Positions 1 through 14,600 of a stretch of 64,000 nt of DNA are shown piece by piece. The position numbers and the translations under genes are program-made. The notes under the pieces are model-generated. The model was not told the DNA's origin and searched no databases. It worked only from the letters and a program-made list of their open reading frames with translations. The stretch comes from Fimbriosthenelais zetlandica (Eukaryota), in the NCBI GenBank assembly GCA_977030845.1, contig OZ365115.1:36580001-36644000 (forward strand), read 5' to 3'. Position 1 is the stretch's first letter. Each line of letters opens with the position of its first letter.

Positions 1-2894
1 TTTTAGATAATGCATGACCTTGAATTGAATTACCAGCTAGAGAGGGACAGGAAAACATTGGAGATTGTTGTTTGGGTGATAGGGGAAGGGGTGGGGGGAA
101 GCATGTCGGGGTCAGTCCCAGGACTACCGGCCTCTATGAGGGGAATGTTAAGGGGATATCTATCCATGTAGGGGGGAACCCAAGCAGTACAGCTTGACAA
201 TTCTTTGTGTGGAAAAAGATGGCAACATGGATTTATCCCCAGTCATACATGCATCTATATCATGTGATTATGTTTTAAAACTATCATAGTATAATATCCG
301 GTATTGTTTTATTAATAGGCAATGAACAGGAGGGACCCAGGGAACCTATGACATAGGCTATGTGTGTGATGGAGGCACAGGAGTTTGAGTAAGTTTCTCT
401 TTGTAATTCTGTGGAATTTCTTACATTTAATAATGTTCACATTATTTTGAGGTCATATGAAAGGTACTTTTGAAGTATGTAAAAAGGTGTTAATAAGTAT
501 TGGTGAATAATTAGGTCACGATAACACCTGTTTCCCTCTTCCCTGCCATGCATTTTGGGGGTGAGGCTTTCCCTATGAGTGTGAATTGTGAGCGGAAAAA
601 GCTTACTGTTAAAATGTATTGAGATACAATTTTATTGTCCGGTATAAGACATCCATAGTCCATTTTTTAAAAATGTTATGAATATATATGACGGCAATTC
701 GTAAGTCGACTTTTCAGACAATTTACTTATACTTTTGTTTATTTCTATTATTTTTAATTCAGATTAACGGTACGTATGTTTCGATGGTATCCAAAGTTGC
801 ATATCAATTCAATGGGCATCACTCATCAAGAAGGCACTGACACACATTACAGTGGTTACAGGTTAGTATTATATTTGCTAATGATTCATTGATCAACATT
901 ATATTGATTAGACATAATCAGTTATTATTTTCATAGTTCTGAACCTTTTTGTTAAGATTAATATATTGTGTTATAACACCTCGTTTATTGTCTTTACAGA
1001 GTCCTCATGTAAATGAAACAATTCACCCCACACAAATCATCTGAAATGAGGCTGACCAAACTGGAATACATTTGAAGTCGCCATGTAACACATGCTATGA
1101 GAATACTTAACCGTATGTATGGATATGTAAATGGGTAAAATTCGACGCGATTGGCACCCCAACACAACCTTAAAATCGTTGGAGACATATTGTGACATGA
1201 GGACACGAGACACGGATCTGTTTAAAAAGAGACACACGATATGCACAATTTCAATGGAATATTGGAATATAATTGTATATAAATTATGTGAAAAAATGAC
1301 ATTCAACACAACGGCACTGTCTAAAAAGTGCTGATTTGACGCGGTTAATTCATTTCAAGGAAAATGATGCAGGGTAATGGAATAATTTCTCATCATGAGA
1401 CCTTCTGACACGGGCTTAAAAATGGGAACCGATTATATCCCTCTATGTCTGAATTTAAGCCATCTAATAACATCTAGTCTACCCATCGTTCCTAAATTAT
1501 GTAATGATACTTTAAATTACTGTATATTTATATTTCAGTGGTAATAATATTTTAGTGTGACGATGGAACTTTTGTTTTTTTTGCATTAAGTGCTTCAAAT
1601 CTGTAAAATTGAGACCTCTGTATGTACTATTCACCCATGTTTGAATGTACGATTACTTCGCTCTCTCGATCAGGCAATCAATTATTGTATATTTTGAGGT
1701 ATTCACCTTCCATGTTAATTATGTTTATTTACCATTTTATGGTAATACTTTACTTATTTTATATTTAGATCTGTGAGATAATTAATATTTTCTTGTGACG
1801 AATGTTTCAGAATCTTGGGTGCACTTGTGTATATTTTCTATTCATGCTAATGATGTTTATTAAACCATTCTGTGATAATGCTTACATTTTTTATATATTT
1901 AGATTTGTGAGATATTTAATATCGTGTGTCGATGAATGTATCAACATTATGGTACAAGTGTGTCCATTTGTCATCCATGTCTATTTTGATTAGGCTCGTT
2001 TGCATTAGATTTTTGTATATATATTCGAGGGATTATCGAATAAAAGTTGTTCATAATATTTCATATGTGCGTTTATTTAATTCTATAATTAGTGGTAAAT
2101 TATATGCAACCATATTTAATCAAAAAATTAATAATATAAATATTTCAAACCTAAATGGCCCAGCCCCACCTAATCCTATAATTGGTACCGCCATTTATAA
2201 TTTAATTGGTATAGCCAAGTGAAAAGAGGCTCTCCCTAATCCTATAATTGGTTTGGCCATTTAAGATTTAATTGGTGTCGCCAATTAAAAACACATGACA
2301 TAGGTACTTGGCATTAGCATAGCCTTGCCTCAAAAATAATTGGCGGCCATTTATGTTAATTGGCAGAGGTAAAACGGACATCGGTAAATGGCTCATAAAA
2401 AGCTGTGGTCGCGCCAAGTGAAATCACCTGACATTGATGTAGTTCATTCTAACAGTGTAGGCTTGGACTTGAGGCAATCTTCGGGTCCTTTGACCTCGGG
2501 CCGCAAAATGATATCAAGACTTGGCTTGTTATACCATTCTGGGACTGTGCCCTGGGCCTGAACGATGATGGCAGCACAATTCCTGAGAAAAAACGGGGAA
2601 TTTGAGTTCATTGGACGACCAATAGGGCGGCAGCAGCAGCAGGGGGTCGTACAACCTTTAGACAAGCACTGAAGAAATATATAAAGCCTCACTATGGATA
2701 CACGTGTATTCAGGGCAGCTTGGGCACGTTTTGACCCTGGCAACAGTCAAAATCATCAAGGTACTTCACGTTTTCCCTTCCCATCCTTTCAGGTTCTCTC
2801 AGGTTCCCTCACGTTTATCCCGTTTCAGACAAACGTGGAGAACGTGGAACAATTGAACGTAGTGTAAAGCTCATAAAAAGTCACTGATGGCAGG

Positions 2895-2993
2895 ATTAAC
2901 CCCAACACAGCTATCATTGTTTATATTGATGTAATCCTTACTTATCATTAACCCCAACACAGCTATCATTGTTTATATTGATGTAATCCTTAC
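2895..2993. repeat. 52-bp-period tandem duplication
   Basis: attaaccccaacacagctatcattgtttatattgatgtaatccttact at 2895 and 2947. Confidence 0.9.
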
Positions 2994-5456
2994 TGAAACC
3001 CACCCATTTTTCTGGGGATGATATCTCCATTGCTTTGGCGGAAGACTGACTCTGATTTATTGATCATACAGATGAGCAGTGTGTCCGGTAGAGGGACATC
3101 TCTATACTCCTCCACCACCCTGCCTATCTCCCTCCATTCTACCCATCCTTCTCTCGTTTCGGAGCAGCTCAGTAGTTGCTCGGTCGCCATGTAACCATGG
3201 ATACCTGCTCCTGATGTGCTGACGTCACGTCCGTTGTGACCACTAGTTTCCATGGATACGGATACCAGTCTTCTCACATACGACCTGTCAGGTGTCATGT
3301 GTAAATAGGGAATTTGTGGTTACTGAAAAGTGGGCCCATGTTCATATACCTGGAGAAATAATAATTGTAAAAACATCATTACAAAATAAAATAAGCACAT
3401 GTCTAATTAACACTCAAGGATTACGATTGCTAATCACCATTGAAGAAACAAGATAAACATAGCAGGACTATACAGGACATTATAGAAATAATTGGATGGA
3501 ATACATGGATATATTATCAATTCAACATTCGGATATTAGAAGAGCATAATTATAGCGACAAAATAATACCTTCAAATAATATACCAAGTTCAAATTGGCA
3601 CTGAAAGGAGCGTTTAGACATGATGAAGTGTTTTTTAGTGTTTAGAATTGGAGACGTGTATAATAAATGAAGCTGGTACGGTCTATACCTGTGATGATGA
3701 ACACATCCGCACCAAAGAATCATTAGACAGACTTATACACACGATCAATATTTGTATACAGTAATAGTAAGGATAATTGATTCATTACAACTCTGCATAT
3801 TTAATGGTTAACCGAGGCGGGATAGGTATCCACATAGTACGCGGTTGAGGCATGTATGTCCGTTCGTTTCCATGGAACCTTTTAGCTTAAATGGATTGTG
3901 ACAAGCACTTTGGAACTGCCATATGAAGCGATTACATATATACTGCATTGTACACTCGGCACTTCTCTTGTTTTAAAAGTGCACTTAGACATACCAGGTT
4001 TGATACATGTGGAATGCATACATCCTTCTAATGTTGGTTCACAGGGACATTTACCGAAATACGACCAGCTTTCCTGCTTTCTATTTAGGTGGAAACGATG
4101 TGGCAAAGGTCCTCCTCTCGGTTCTGTGATATCACAAAAAGGCTTCCTTGTCATTCGTTTCCTCCTGTGACATCACACCAGAACATTGTGCCTGATTCTG
4201 TTGCATATTATCAATAACACACAACAGCTGCACCTCCCTACCCGGGTACGTGCATGTATGCTATTATGGTGCACATTAAGGCATCCTTTACATGAATGCT
4301 GAATCAGATCCGCCATAGCTGAGCATTGTCATTATACACTCCACAGCTATGTCATGTCGAGGACATTAACCTGGGGCTTGTAGACTGGAAGGATGAGACC
4401 ATCATAATGTCTCTATAACATTTATATCAGTAAGTGTTGCACGTGTGCACTATGTTGGGGGAGGGAGGGTGGATGGCTGTTCCACCTTCCCGGGTCTGGG
4501 GTAAGCTACCACAAAGCCCAGCACTGTTACCTGAGAACATCTCTTTGCACAGGACTGGAGGACGGTGTGGCACAAGCTCAATGATTCATCCCCGTCCCGG
4601 AACATAGCTCGAGAACCACCAAATCTGTGGCAGCTATAGTCAACTGATCCATGCATACCAATGGCTGTAATGGCTTCACATGTCAATTTTCTATGCTTAT
4701 GATTCAGGATAACTGAATTTACAAACTGTCCTGTTGTGGAACATGGATATTTCCATTAAGAAATATCTCTACTTGGATCTTTTTTGACAGAAAGGAAGCT
4801 CTTGGATTTAAAGTTGAATTTGAGTAGAATCATCGTCTGAGAATACCTTCTGACCTCTTGAGCACCAATCTACCGTCAATGACAGCAAGAGTGGAAAACT
4901 GATACTACGGGAAGCAAAACCTTCTTTTGATAGCGCTTAATTTTCTTCTGGAGGTTGCTTAAGGATGAATCACAACTTGCAGTTGTGTCTTCAGTATGGA
5001 TGACACTATGTATTTGAACAGGCATTGGTACTGGGACATATCCCTCAGACTAACCTGGTGAAAACTGTTCTGTTACTCATGTATTAATTATGCATTACCT
5101 AAAGCACTGACATTGATGATCAATCGATCTATGGAGTATGGTTGTCGCCATTATAGGAGTTGTAACTACATGAAGGTTACTCAATGTCATGAGTGACGTT
5201 CGTGGACGCAGAAGGACGTTCGTCAAAGCTTTTAAAATCCACCTGCCCCCAAGAAAACCACAATGACGTTACGTAAAGAGCAAACAATCTGAAACTTGAT
5301 GACAAATCGTACTATTCATCATGTTCGGCTCTCATAAAACAGATGCTCTCACCTTTAACAAGGAGTGAAATTTAAACTAATGACGTAATTGGATTTAGTC
5401 CATTTGGAGAAAGTAGATTAACGTTACGTCAGTGAACGTGAAGGTGAACGTCAGTA

Positions 5457-5648
5457 ATGGCGGCACCAGCGTGTTCTGTGAGATATTTTTGTGTAGGGGC
5501 TCTGCTTATATTTGTGGGAAGTGTTTTATTATGTGCGTTTGGATTTACCATTGTGTTACCTCACGAGGCGACCATTAATTGGCCGGAAGTGACGTGCATT
5601 GTCATCAACTCTACCTATGATGTTACTCACTGCTCCTGTGATCAACAG
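5457..5648 (+). CDS. KCNMB: KCNMB-like exon 1 (short N-terminus, TM1, start of loop)
   Basis: ATG at 5457; MAAPACSVRYFCVGALLIFVGSVLLCAFGFTIVLP...CSCDQQ; donor gtgaga at 5649. Confidence 0.85.
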
Positions 5649-8600
5649 GTGAGAATATTTTATAAAAATGTCCTCTAAAAACCGATTCCTCTTCTATTTT
5701 GTTTACACCGACAGGTTCGCTTTTATAACTCGACAGTAGTGTTTGCCCTGAGGACCACTCAATGCATACGATAATGTGTCTCTTAATTTACATGCAGGTG
5801 GCCCAGCTTGTACAGTTAAAATTTTAATTGCCAGAACAACAATGTGGTGTAAAAAGATAGCTGGCCTTGAAAACCTGGAAATGCCCGTGTAAACAGCATC
5901 GCATGTATAATATATTTTTTTATATAACAATGGGTTTAAGAAGTTTTTAGAAAGCAAATCCTCAAGCGAATGCTTTTGCTCCATGAACGTTGTTATTCTC
6001 ATGCTCCTTTAACAAAAACTTATAACACAATATGCAATAAGGTTCATTACTGTGAAATAATGGAAGGTACGTGGCACGATTTACGACACTTTGTGACCTC
6101 AAATTGGCACAATTTACAGCCTTTTATCACATTGTTATGTGCACCATCTGTTAAATGCACTCACTACTGAACCATTCAGACAGTGATGTTTCTCCAGTTT
6201 TCGCTGAGTTGCATACATCTTCATATCTCACCGATGTTGATAAGTATTTCTTGTCAGATGAGGTGTTATGTGTTGACAATATGTGCCCATGAATTCCCAT
6301 ACAAACTATGTAACCTTACTGGTACACATATGGCTTCCCAAACTGAATGATCACTGAACTGTGAAGGATCACTGCACTCGTCCCTTTTTACTCCTGACCA
6401 CTGACCACACCTGACTACTGACCAGTGTGGTCGGTCATACACACCTGTGCCCTATGGTATACCAACTTTCAATAGTATGTTCCATAGTTTTATGAATTGT
6501 TTTGCCTTATTATCAATGATATGAGCTAGAGGTATGAATTTATTTCCAGGTGACGGAGTATGAGAGGTGCCTGGACCGCTACCCGTGCCTCCGGATAACT
6601 GTAGGCTATAACCACACTCACCTTGATCAAGACAAGGGTCTACATGCCTCATTCAGAACCGGTGTCATCTACAGGAACTGGGTCGATTCTTTCTTCCAAA
6701 CTGTGAGTTATTTTTATTATCAAAGTGGTTATACATCCATGTGCATTCCATTATTTTTATAGGACCTGTGCTATAGATTTGCGCGCTTGCAATAGAACTG
6801 TATAGGCTTTTGTTGTGCACTTAGAATGAAAAACGGTCTGTTAGTAGAAGTTTGCATAAATTCAAGAAAAACAAGAACTATCGATAAACTGTGGCATGGG
6901 AACGAATGCATGTGCTATGTGTGCTGTCGGAGGAGAAAATGCACCTAAATCAAAGAGAAATAAAATGGGCGTATGCTAAATACTCACCTGTGATGATCTA
7001 GAGAATGGTTTTAGAGCAGCAAGAACTGCAAGGGGTAGAGTTCTAGGTATACAATGAACTTAGCGGTGACAATTCCTTTTGCAGTACTCAATATTGAATC
7101 TTGTCTAGACGGCTGACAGAATGCACTTTCCCGGCTGCTCAAGTCTAATTTGGCAGTTCCCTTTGTACTGGTGAATATAAATTCAATTGGTATTCAGCTC
7201 GCTGCAGCTGCGACTTGGCGAGGCTGACGACTTTATTTCTTCATCTCTTCAGCTCTCTGCACATTGTAATCATAAGGCTGGCATATCATGAGTCTGCTGA
7301 GTCAACGCTTTCAATTGTTTGTTCTTGTTGATCTTTATTTGTCTCATTGATTCACATCTCTTATACTTCTCTATTCCTTCTCCTCCCATCTTCCCTTCCT
7401 CTCTCCCCACCAACCCTCCACCTCCAATGCTTCCTCTTTCTTCCATTCTTCCATCTTCCATTCCTCTTTCTTCCATTCCTCTTTCTTCCATTCCTCATTC
7501 TTTCATTCCTTCTTCTTCCTTTCCCCCTTTTTCATGCATGCCCCCTCCTCTCCCAGCCCCCTTCCCTTTCCTGGTTCTCCACTACTTCCCCATACTAAAC
7601 AAAACTCGAGGAAAGGATCCTAAATTTTCCACATGATGATTTCCTTCTCCCAGCCATCATGGAGAGATTATTCATGAGGAAATGCAGGCTTTGAATTGAT
7701 TATATCTATATGCCAAGTCGGTCTGCTGTAAGCCCTTCTTAAGATGATATGGATAAGTACATAATGTAGAATGTGGAACTTCTGCTGGCTAACAGGTCAA
7801 GCCCGGCATTCCTCCATCCATGTGACCAAGGTGATAAGGGGTAGGCTCAGGTTGTATTATGTTGCTTATGACAAGAAATTCTTCGCTTGGCATCGATTGC
7901 TGCATCGGTGGCATATGGGTCCTATTCGAGCTTATTGGATTGTATGCTCCCCCAACTGATAAATCAAAGCCCATTTCAGACATTGCTATGACCCTGGAAA
8001 ACGTGGCTCTAGAAATAGCAGTCGTTTCCCCCTTTTAGTCTTGATTCAAAATGGCCACCGGAAGTCGAAATAGAGCAAGTCTACAGAGCTTTTAGGAATC
8101 TATAGAAGTGATTTTTAATTTTAGTTCTGATTGAAAATGGCCACCGGAAGTCAAAATAGTCACAATAGAGCAAGTGGACAGAGCTTTTAAGAATCTATAG
8201 AAGTGATTTTTAATTAGCCCTTTAAAAACTGAAGATGTCAGCAATGTTAAAACAGAGTCCTAAAATGGATTTAACAGCAACTTCTGGTAAGTAAACCAGA
8301 CTTGTATAATTTGACACCTGTAATAACTGTAAACAGCGCCTGATGTTTGAAATGGTTAGAAGCCCGGAGAGAGCCTAGGGCGGGGAACGTTTGTAATATG
8401 AGAGTATAATGTTTTCAATGTGTTAACACGAAAACAGATGAAGCTATGGCTGGAATTCAAGCGTTAAAATACGACATTCAACGTTTATACTGTGAGTGGC
8501 ATTCAGACCCATTAAAACAATGTGAGAAGTTCTCGCATCGTGATCAAATAATTTTCAAGAATTCTGTTAATGTTTCCCGATGGTTTATTATGTGTTAAGC

Positions 8601-11600
8601 GCAGTTTGCTGGAAAACCTTTGGTCACAATCAGCTCGATTGTCTTCAGAAGACTAAGACGTGCCTGTCATAGATCGGTGAGACAGTTTCTTCCCTTATAG
8701 ATGGACGATTACTTTGATTATACACATTGATTATACTACCATCCCTTGATGACCAAGATATGTCCACCAGTATGCTATTGTGACTACAATAGGCAATGAC
8801 ACTGACCCATTATTCAAACTGCAACTCAGTATGCTTCCCCTGCACTTTTAGCTTGTTCCCTTCCTAGGGAGAAAAAGTGTGCAAGGATGAGGAGTTGATT
8901 TAGTAATCATCAGCTATTATAATCCCCATGGCGGTCATTACGCGGCTATTATCTACAGCTTTAGCCACAGGAAAATGACCTTTAATGGGAAAAACTATAT
9001 TATATTTATAAAGCATGGCAGGAGATGTAAGGGGTTAATCTAAAGCCCCGGGGATTGATGGCAGGAGGGGAGAGAGTCAATTATAAACATGTCCATATAG
9101 GAGTGGTGCCATTTCAGCGCTATCTGAGGAATTTCACTCAGTGCCTCCCTAGTATAACCTTTACCTGAAAATGAACAATTTATTTCACCAGTAATAATGG
9201 AAATGTCACCTGAACAGGGGTCTGAACAAATCCAGAGAGTGTTAGAAGATGCCGCAAGTTCTGACCTGATTAACAACCCTGTCATTCGTCATCACATTGA
9301 CGATGGGTCGCCAAGACTCCAAAGAAGACGCTAATGGGTTTTCGTTTATTAAAGTGATACCAATCACTTGGTATAAACTTATTTTCCTAGCTAGTTCCAT
9401 CCCCATGATCCTCCTCCCCCCATTCACTCTTGCGGCAACAGTCTGACTAATTAATAGTGGTACACTAGGAGTTTTTCTATCTAATTTCCAGGAGACGTTT
9501 CATTCTATAAGCTGGCATGCTAAAGCACCATTTACAATGGATAATTTCAGCTTAATAATGCAGCAATTACACGCAATTAAGTTATTGTCTCTTTTTGGAC
9601 TTTCTAATTTAATATCTGCCTCGTGGAGGCTGCCTTGTACCTTTTATGTGCTTGGCCAATAAATTAATCAAAGTACAAATTGTGATTTTGTGCCATGTCA
9701 GCAACGTCGATACCAGATCAAATTTCACCATAACATATAGAAGAGTATTTTCATAATGCCTGCTGTACAGTATTCTCTAAAATCATCAAGCATAAAGTCT
9801 ACAAAGATGCTTTGATTTCATGAATTTGGCATATATGTAACTAGGCTTATGCATTCAAGACAAGACTTACCAAAACTATACATATGCAAGATGTATGTAT
9901 ATGTATACACATACATATATAGAAGAGCTAGGTAAGGATATATATATCCGTATCTCAAGCTGTAAGAACTGTAGGCAACATTATGCATTGAGAAAGAGGT
10001 AGTACAAAAAGGGCCCTGGTTTAGCCCTGAGCCTATAACAGGGAGCAACCTCAGGGCCACAGGGACGATAGTCTCTCAGGTAATCTAAATGTATCAAGTG
10101 ACCCCTGTGGGAAGGAAAGTGAAGAGGACAGAGTGGTGAAGTTAGATTGTTTCATCCCGGTGAGGCTGATCGATAGCAGCCAGGGATCGAGGCCACACAT
10201 CAGGGCCAAAATGTGGCAGACATACCACAAACCGTGCCATAAGGTTACTCTATAATTTATAATCATATTTTACCTTCTTTGTTTTATTATTATACTGAAA
10301 CAGTCAGTTTCCAACTAAAGCTATGGATTTCATAGGAAAAAGGAAACTAAGTACGGAAGAAAGCAATATATTGACATCAATTGGCAGCGTAATCGATGCA
10401 AGAAATAGACATAATTCACAAACGTACATATGTTTATATGTTAACTGTGCATAGAATTACGTCACACATTTGTAGTTAAGAATTTCCTAATCAATGCAAG
10501 ACAAAAATGCAACTTTGTTCTCATCGTATAACTGTGACTTTTTCCTTATTTCATAATCACTTGTCCTCTGGTCTCATCACACTTTCCACTCCATTTTTTC
10601 ATTACTTCATCAACCCTCCTTCCTGTATATACATATATTCCTCCTACATAATTTAGTCTGCTGAGTAGGAAAGTGTGTGTGATTTATGATGCTGAGGAAT
10701 CCCGCAATAAGCCAGTATTGTCACTGCCCTGCTGAGGGCAAGACGAGAGGCGGTGATATGCCTAGCAATAAGCCTCCATCAACTGGCATTGTGCTGCAGG
10801 AACTACTTTTTACGGCACTACATTGTCTGAGATTACTACCCAAGTGACAGTTGCAAATATGAGTCTCGCATGCCCCGGATATTAGCAACTTTGTAGAAGC
10901 GATGCCTTATTAAATAAGGGTTTTAAGTAGGAGGGGGAATGTTTTGAAGGAGAAACATCGGGGGATAAGGAGTAGGATGCCGGATAATTAGACACCGTGT
11001 CACATGGTACAGGGGGAAAAGGATGTCAGGAAGAACTAGAAGAATCGATGTCAGTCCAATGAGTTTTCCCTCAGATGAGCAACCAAATTTTTGTCGTTGA
11101 AAATAAAAACTTAAGGTCAAAATTTTGGGCAGGCATACTGAATACTCTTACAATGAATAATAATGTCTAAATTTGATAGCTCTGTGGTAGGAACACAAGC
11201 TTATAGGGGACTAAATGTAGGAGGTGGTTCAAAGTGGGCCATCAAAATCCCACTGGACAGCCACTGAAGATCCATTGCTGCTAATCAAGAAGTGCAGACC
11301 CCAGGGACGGCAGTGTGTTTTCTCATAGACATAATTATATATGACAAAACACGGATGGTGCTGTGTGGGAAATGAACCTGTATGACTTGGCTGACATCAT
11401 ATTGGCTGACATCATGTTTTCATCTAGCTGATGGCAATCTCCTTTGTAGAGACTTTCTTGATTACGATAAAAAAAATGACGATACACGACGTGTTACCTG
11501 ATGTAGTAAAGAGGAGATGAGGTTGAGAGATAGTGTAACAGTCCCAACCTGTTCTTTCCCGTTCTTTCCCGTTCTTCAGTCCTGCTTCCATCCCTTCCAT

Positions 11601-14600
11601 ATCGATCTGTGCCTATAATAGAGCCATTCAATATAAATAAACCCGTTTACCGGATGAGCTTCTTTCCCGGAGTCGGATCAAACTTAAGCTGCGCAATAAC
11701 CAGTCTTCAGTGGTTGTAATGAGGAGCGTTCAGTCCCCATGCTTGGTGTCAATAGATGGCTTTTGGTGTTATTAATATTGCAAGGTTACATTGCCGCATT
11801 GGGAAGATGAGGGACAAATATGGTAACAGGAATGGCATTTTTAATGGACTGGAATTGCGTCCTCACAAAGCTGTTTGATCCTTTATGAAGCATGCATGGT
11901 CCACATTCTTTTCGTTGCATAACTTCAGTGAGGTCTCGTCGAAAAAAATCGAAGAGAACATTCTACGAGGAGTCCAACGAGCGCTCGCTGACTCCCGCTT
12001 GCATAACATAAGTAACGTTGGAACTAACAATACTCCCATTGCAAAAATTCTTATCTTATCTTATCTTATCTTAAAGGTCTCGTCCCCCATTGGATTTGCA
12101 TTGGCTACGAGACCTTTAAGATAAGATCTTAAAGATAAGATAAGATCGTCATTTATGCAATGGCCCTAATACATATCCCAACAAATTTTATTTCTTACCA
12201 TTATTACTCATTACATAACCACGGGTTTGAGCATTGTTATGCAATGGTCAGGTTCACACTTTACCCTGCCATGGGTGGCAATATCCAATACAGGTAAACT
12301 GTGGTCATTAGATTGCTGTGTGGATGTATGTTGAGCGGTGGAGAGCTTAGTAAAGCTTGGTATAAAGCTGAGTCTTGTTTACAAGACGTGACTTGGTCAC
12401 TGTCAATACAGACCATCTATAAATTAGCTCAGGGAAAGTCCAACCTCACTCTCTCTCTCTACCAGCTCTCCTCACCCCGGGCAAAGTGCTCCCTATTCCC
12501 CCCGGAGCAGCTCACTTTTAGCTCATTATCTGACACACGACATTAACCGATAACTTTTTTGTGTTGTAAAAACAATGTTTATAAAAGGATATTTTTACTG
12601 TGACATTACCTCCTGAAGTTTAAGCATTGCACAAGGCAACCCCTGCAAACAAGTCTCCTATAAGAGTGTCTTTCGCTCAACTACCTAAATACCCCCTCTG
12701 TAGGACTTTTTTGTCGCCTAGTCGAACCTGGAGAGCATATAGGCTCCACATATTTACAAAATCGGGATGAACATCGGGCTGGTAGGAGTCGGGCTTAACG
12801 TTAGACAGTATAAACCCCCGTGACAGTTGCATGCATATTGGCAACATGTCTTGAGCAGTGGGCCCATCCCATGGGATGTCAGGGGATTCCAGCCATATCA
12901 GACGTTATGGGTGGAATTACTACACTTTATCCAAGATCACTAGCTGCACTCCGGACCGACAACAGGTCTTCATCCACCGATAGCTCTTAAAGGGAAAGAA
13001 AACAGTATCATGTATAAGCAAAAAACTTAAATTATTTATCAATGATCTGAGGATCAATGACGTCACTCACACTGCCAGTGGTGCCCTCTGATGAATATAT
13101 TGATCTAATCTCTCCACTGCCGCCAATAGAGAGGATTTGTCCTATATTTATCATGTGTTTTCCCCCTTTAAGACATCGATATTGACAGAATTTCTGAAGT
13201 ATCTGAAGGAAGTATCCTTGTAAATCTACCACCAGACTGGGTCGTGGCCCTTTTGAAAATGTTTTATATCCTCAAGACCTCAGTGGATCTCTATCCTAAC
13301 TTTGTGTGACCAGAAAACTGGTCAACTCTATGCCTTTCTTCACCTAGCTGTAAATTGCCCATCTAGCTACCTTTTACAAGGCCCAAATGCGCGTGGGGAA
13401 TAACCCTGATGGAGTTGCTTCAGCTATGCCTTGAGATAGTGATGCAGTACATATGTGTCTGGGACGGTGCTCTTAGTGGAGAACGCCTCACCAGAGACCA
13501 GCTATTGGCTATTGGAGATCTCTTTAAGAGGAATTGCCTCAGGAAAGGCATCCTCAGGGAATTGGTAGTGTCACTTTCTCCCCCTGCCCCTTTCTAGTTA
13601 ATTATATTAACTAGATAAGTGGAGGTTTTTCTAGTTGGGTTTAATGTGACTTTCAACATTGTTCAGTTATATCATGACAGTGAATGTGAGCCCTTTGCTC
13701 TTTTATAGTGCTGCCTCACTGAGGTATCATGTCGCAGGCACATGACATGATACCTCACCCAGTCATATTATCCTGACACAGGGTTCACCAGTTCTAGTAC
13801 TGTTCTCTCATTGTCCTTGGTTCGAACCCGCGACCTTCCTCACAAGCAGACACTATAACTACTACACCGCATTGAGAATTCCAGTCTTTCTAAACTAGGA
13901 TTCTGAACACCAAAAGATGAAGGTAAATGTTTTGTAGTATTTTATGATGTTTCGATGAAAAAAACATAATCACAACATAAGTCACAACTCGAAATATTAG
14001 GCCAGGACATTGCCTCAATACAAGCTGAGGCTGAATGCATGTAGTCGCCAGACAGATGTCACGCCTGATTGAACCAATCAAATTGAGCCTAGCACCTAAG
14101 CTGAGATGGATCAATGCGTACATTGGTCCTCCCTTACACTCATCAACCATGGCTTAAGGTCTGCATCCATTATATCTCTATAGCTATCAGCCATTTCTGG
14201 TCAAGATCAGCAAGCGCTCGCCGACCAATTATCGTAGAAATATCACTGAAAAAATCCTACGAAATGTTCTTTGTTTGCTTTGTTAATGTACTGTTTTCTT
14301 GAAAAAAGAAAGTGCTTTGAAAATTCCTTGTTATTGCATTATCCAAACACTATTTTCTCAAAAATATTGCTTGTACCATACAATCGCTCAGCGAGGATAC
14401 CCTCACCGACCCTCGCCATTGACGATATACTTGTACAACACCGTCAGTGGATGGAGGCCTATCTTCCAGTGTGGAGGTCATATGAGAGGGCCCCGGCTGG
14501 TCATTGGTTTGATGATCACATCTATTCTCAGCATCCAGTAGCTAGACTATAAGGTACTGGACGAATAAAGGATTGCTGCAGTCTATAGATGTTTACAGCA

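Noticed and set aside
4450-4990. Gypsy/Ginger integrase zinc-finger remnant on the - strand
   Set aside because: His/Cys spacing is only loosely compatible and there is no DDE core.
7270-7636. Pro/Ser/Leu-rich or Glu/Gly-rich ORFs
   Set aside because: They derive from a simple pyrimidine/purine low-complexity tract.
14390-14450. AIDDILV as a reverse-transcriptase YxDD motif
   Set aside because: A single short match without the Tyr or flanking RT motifs.
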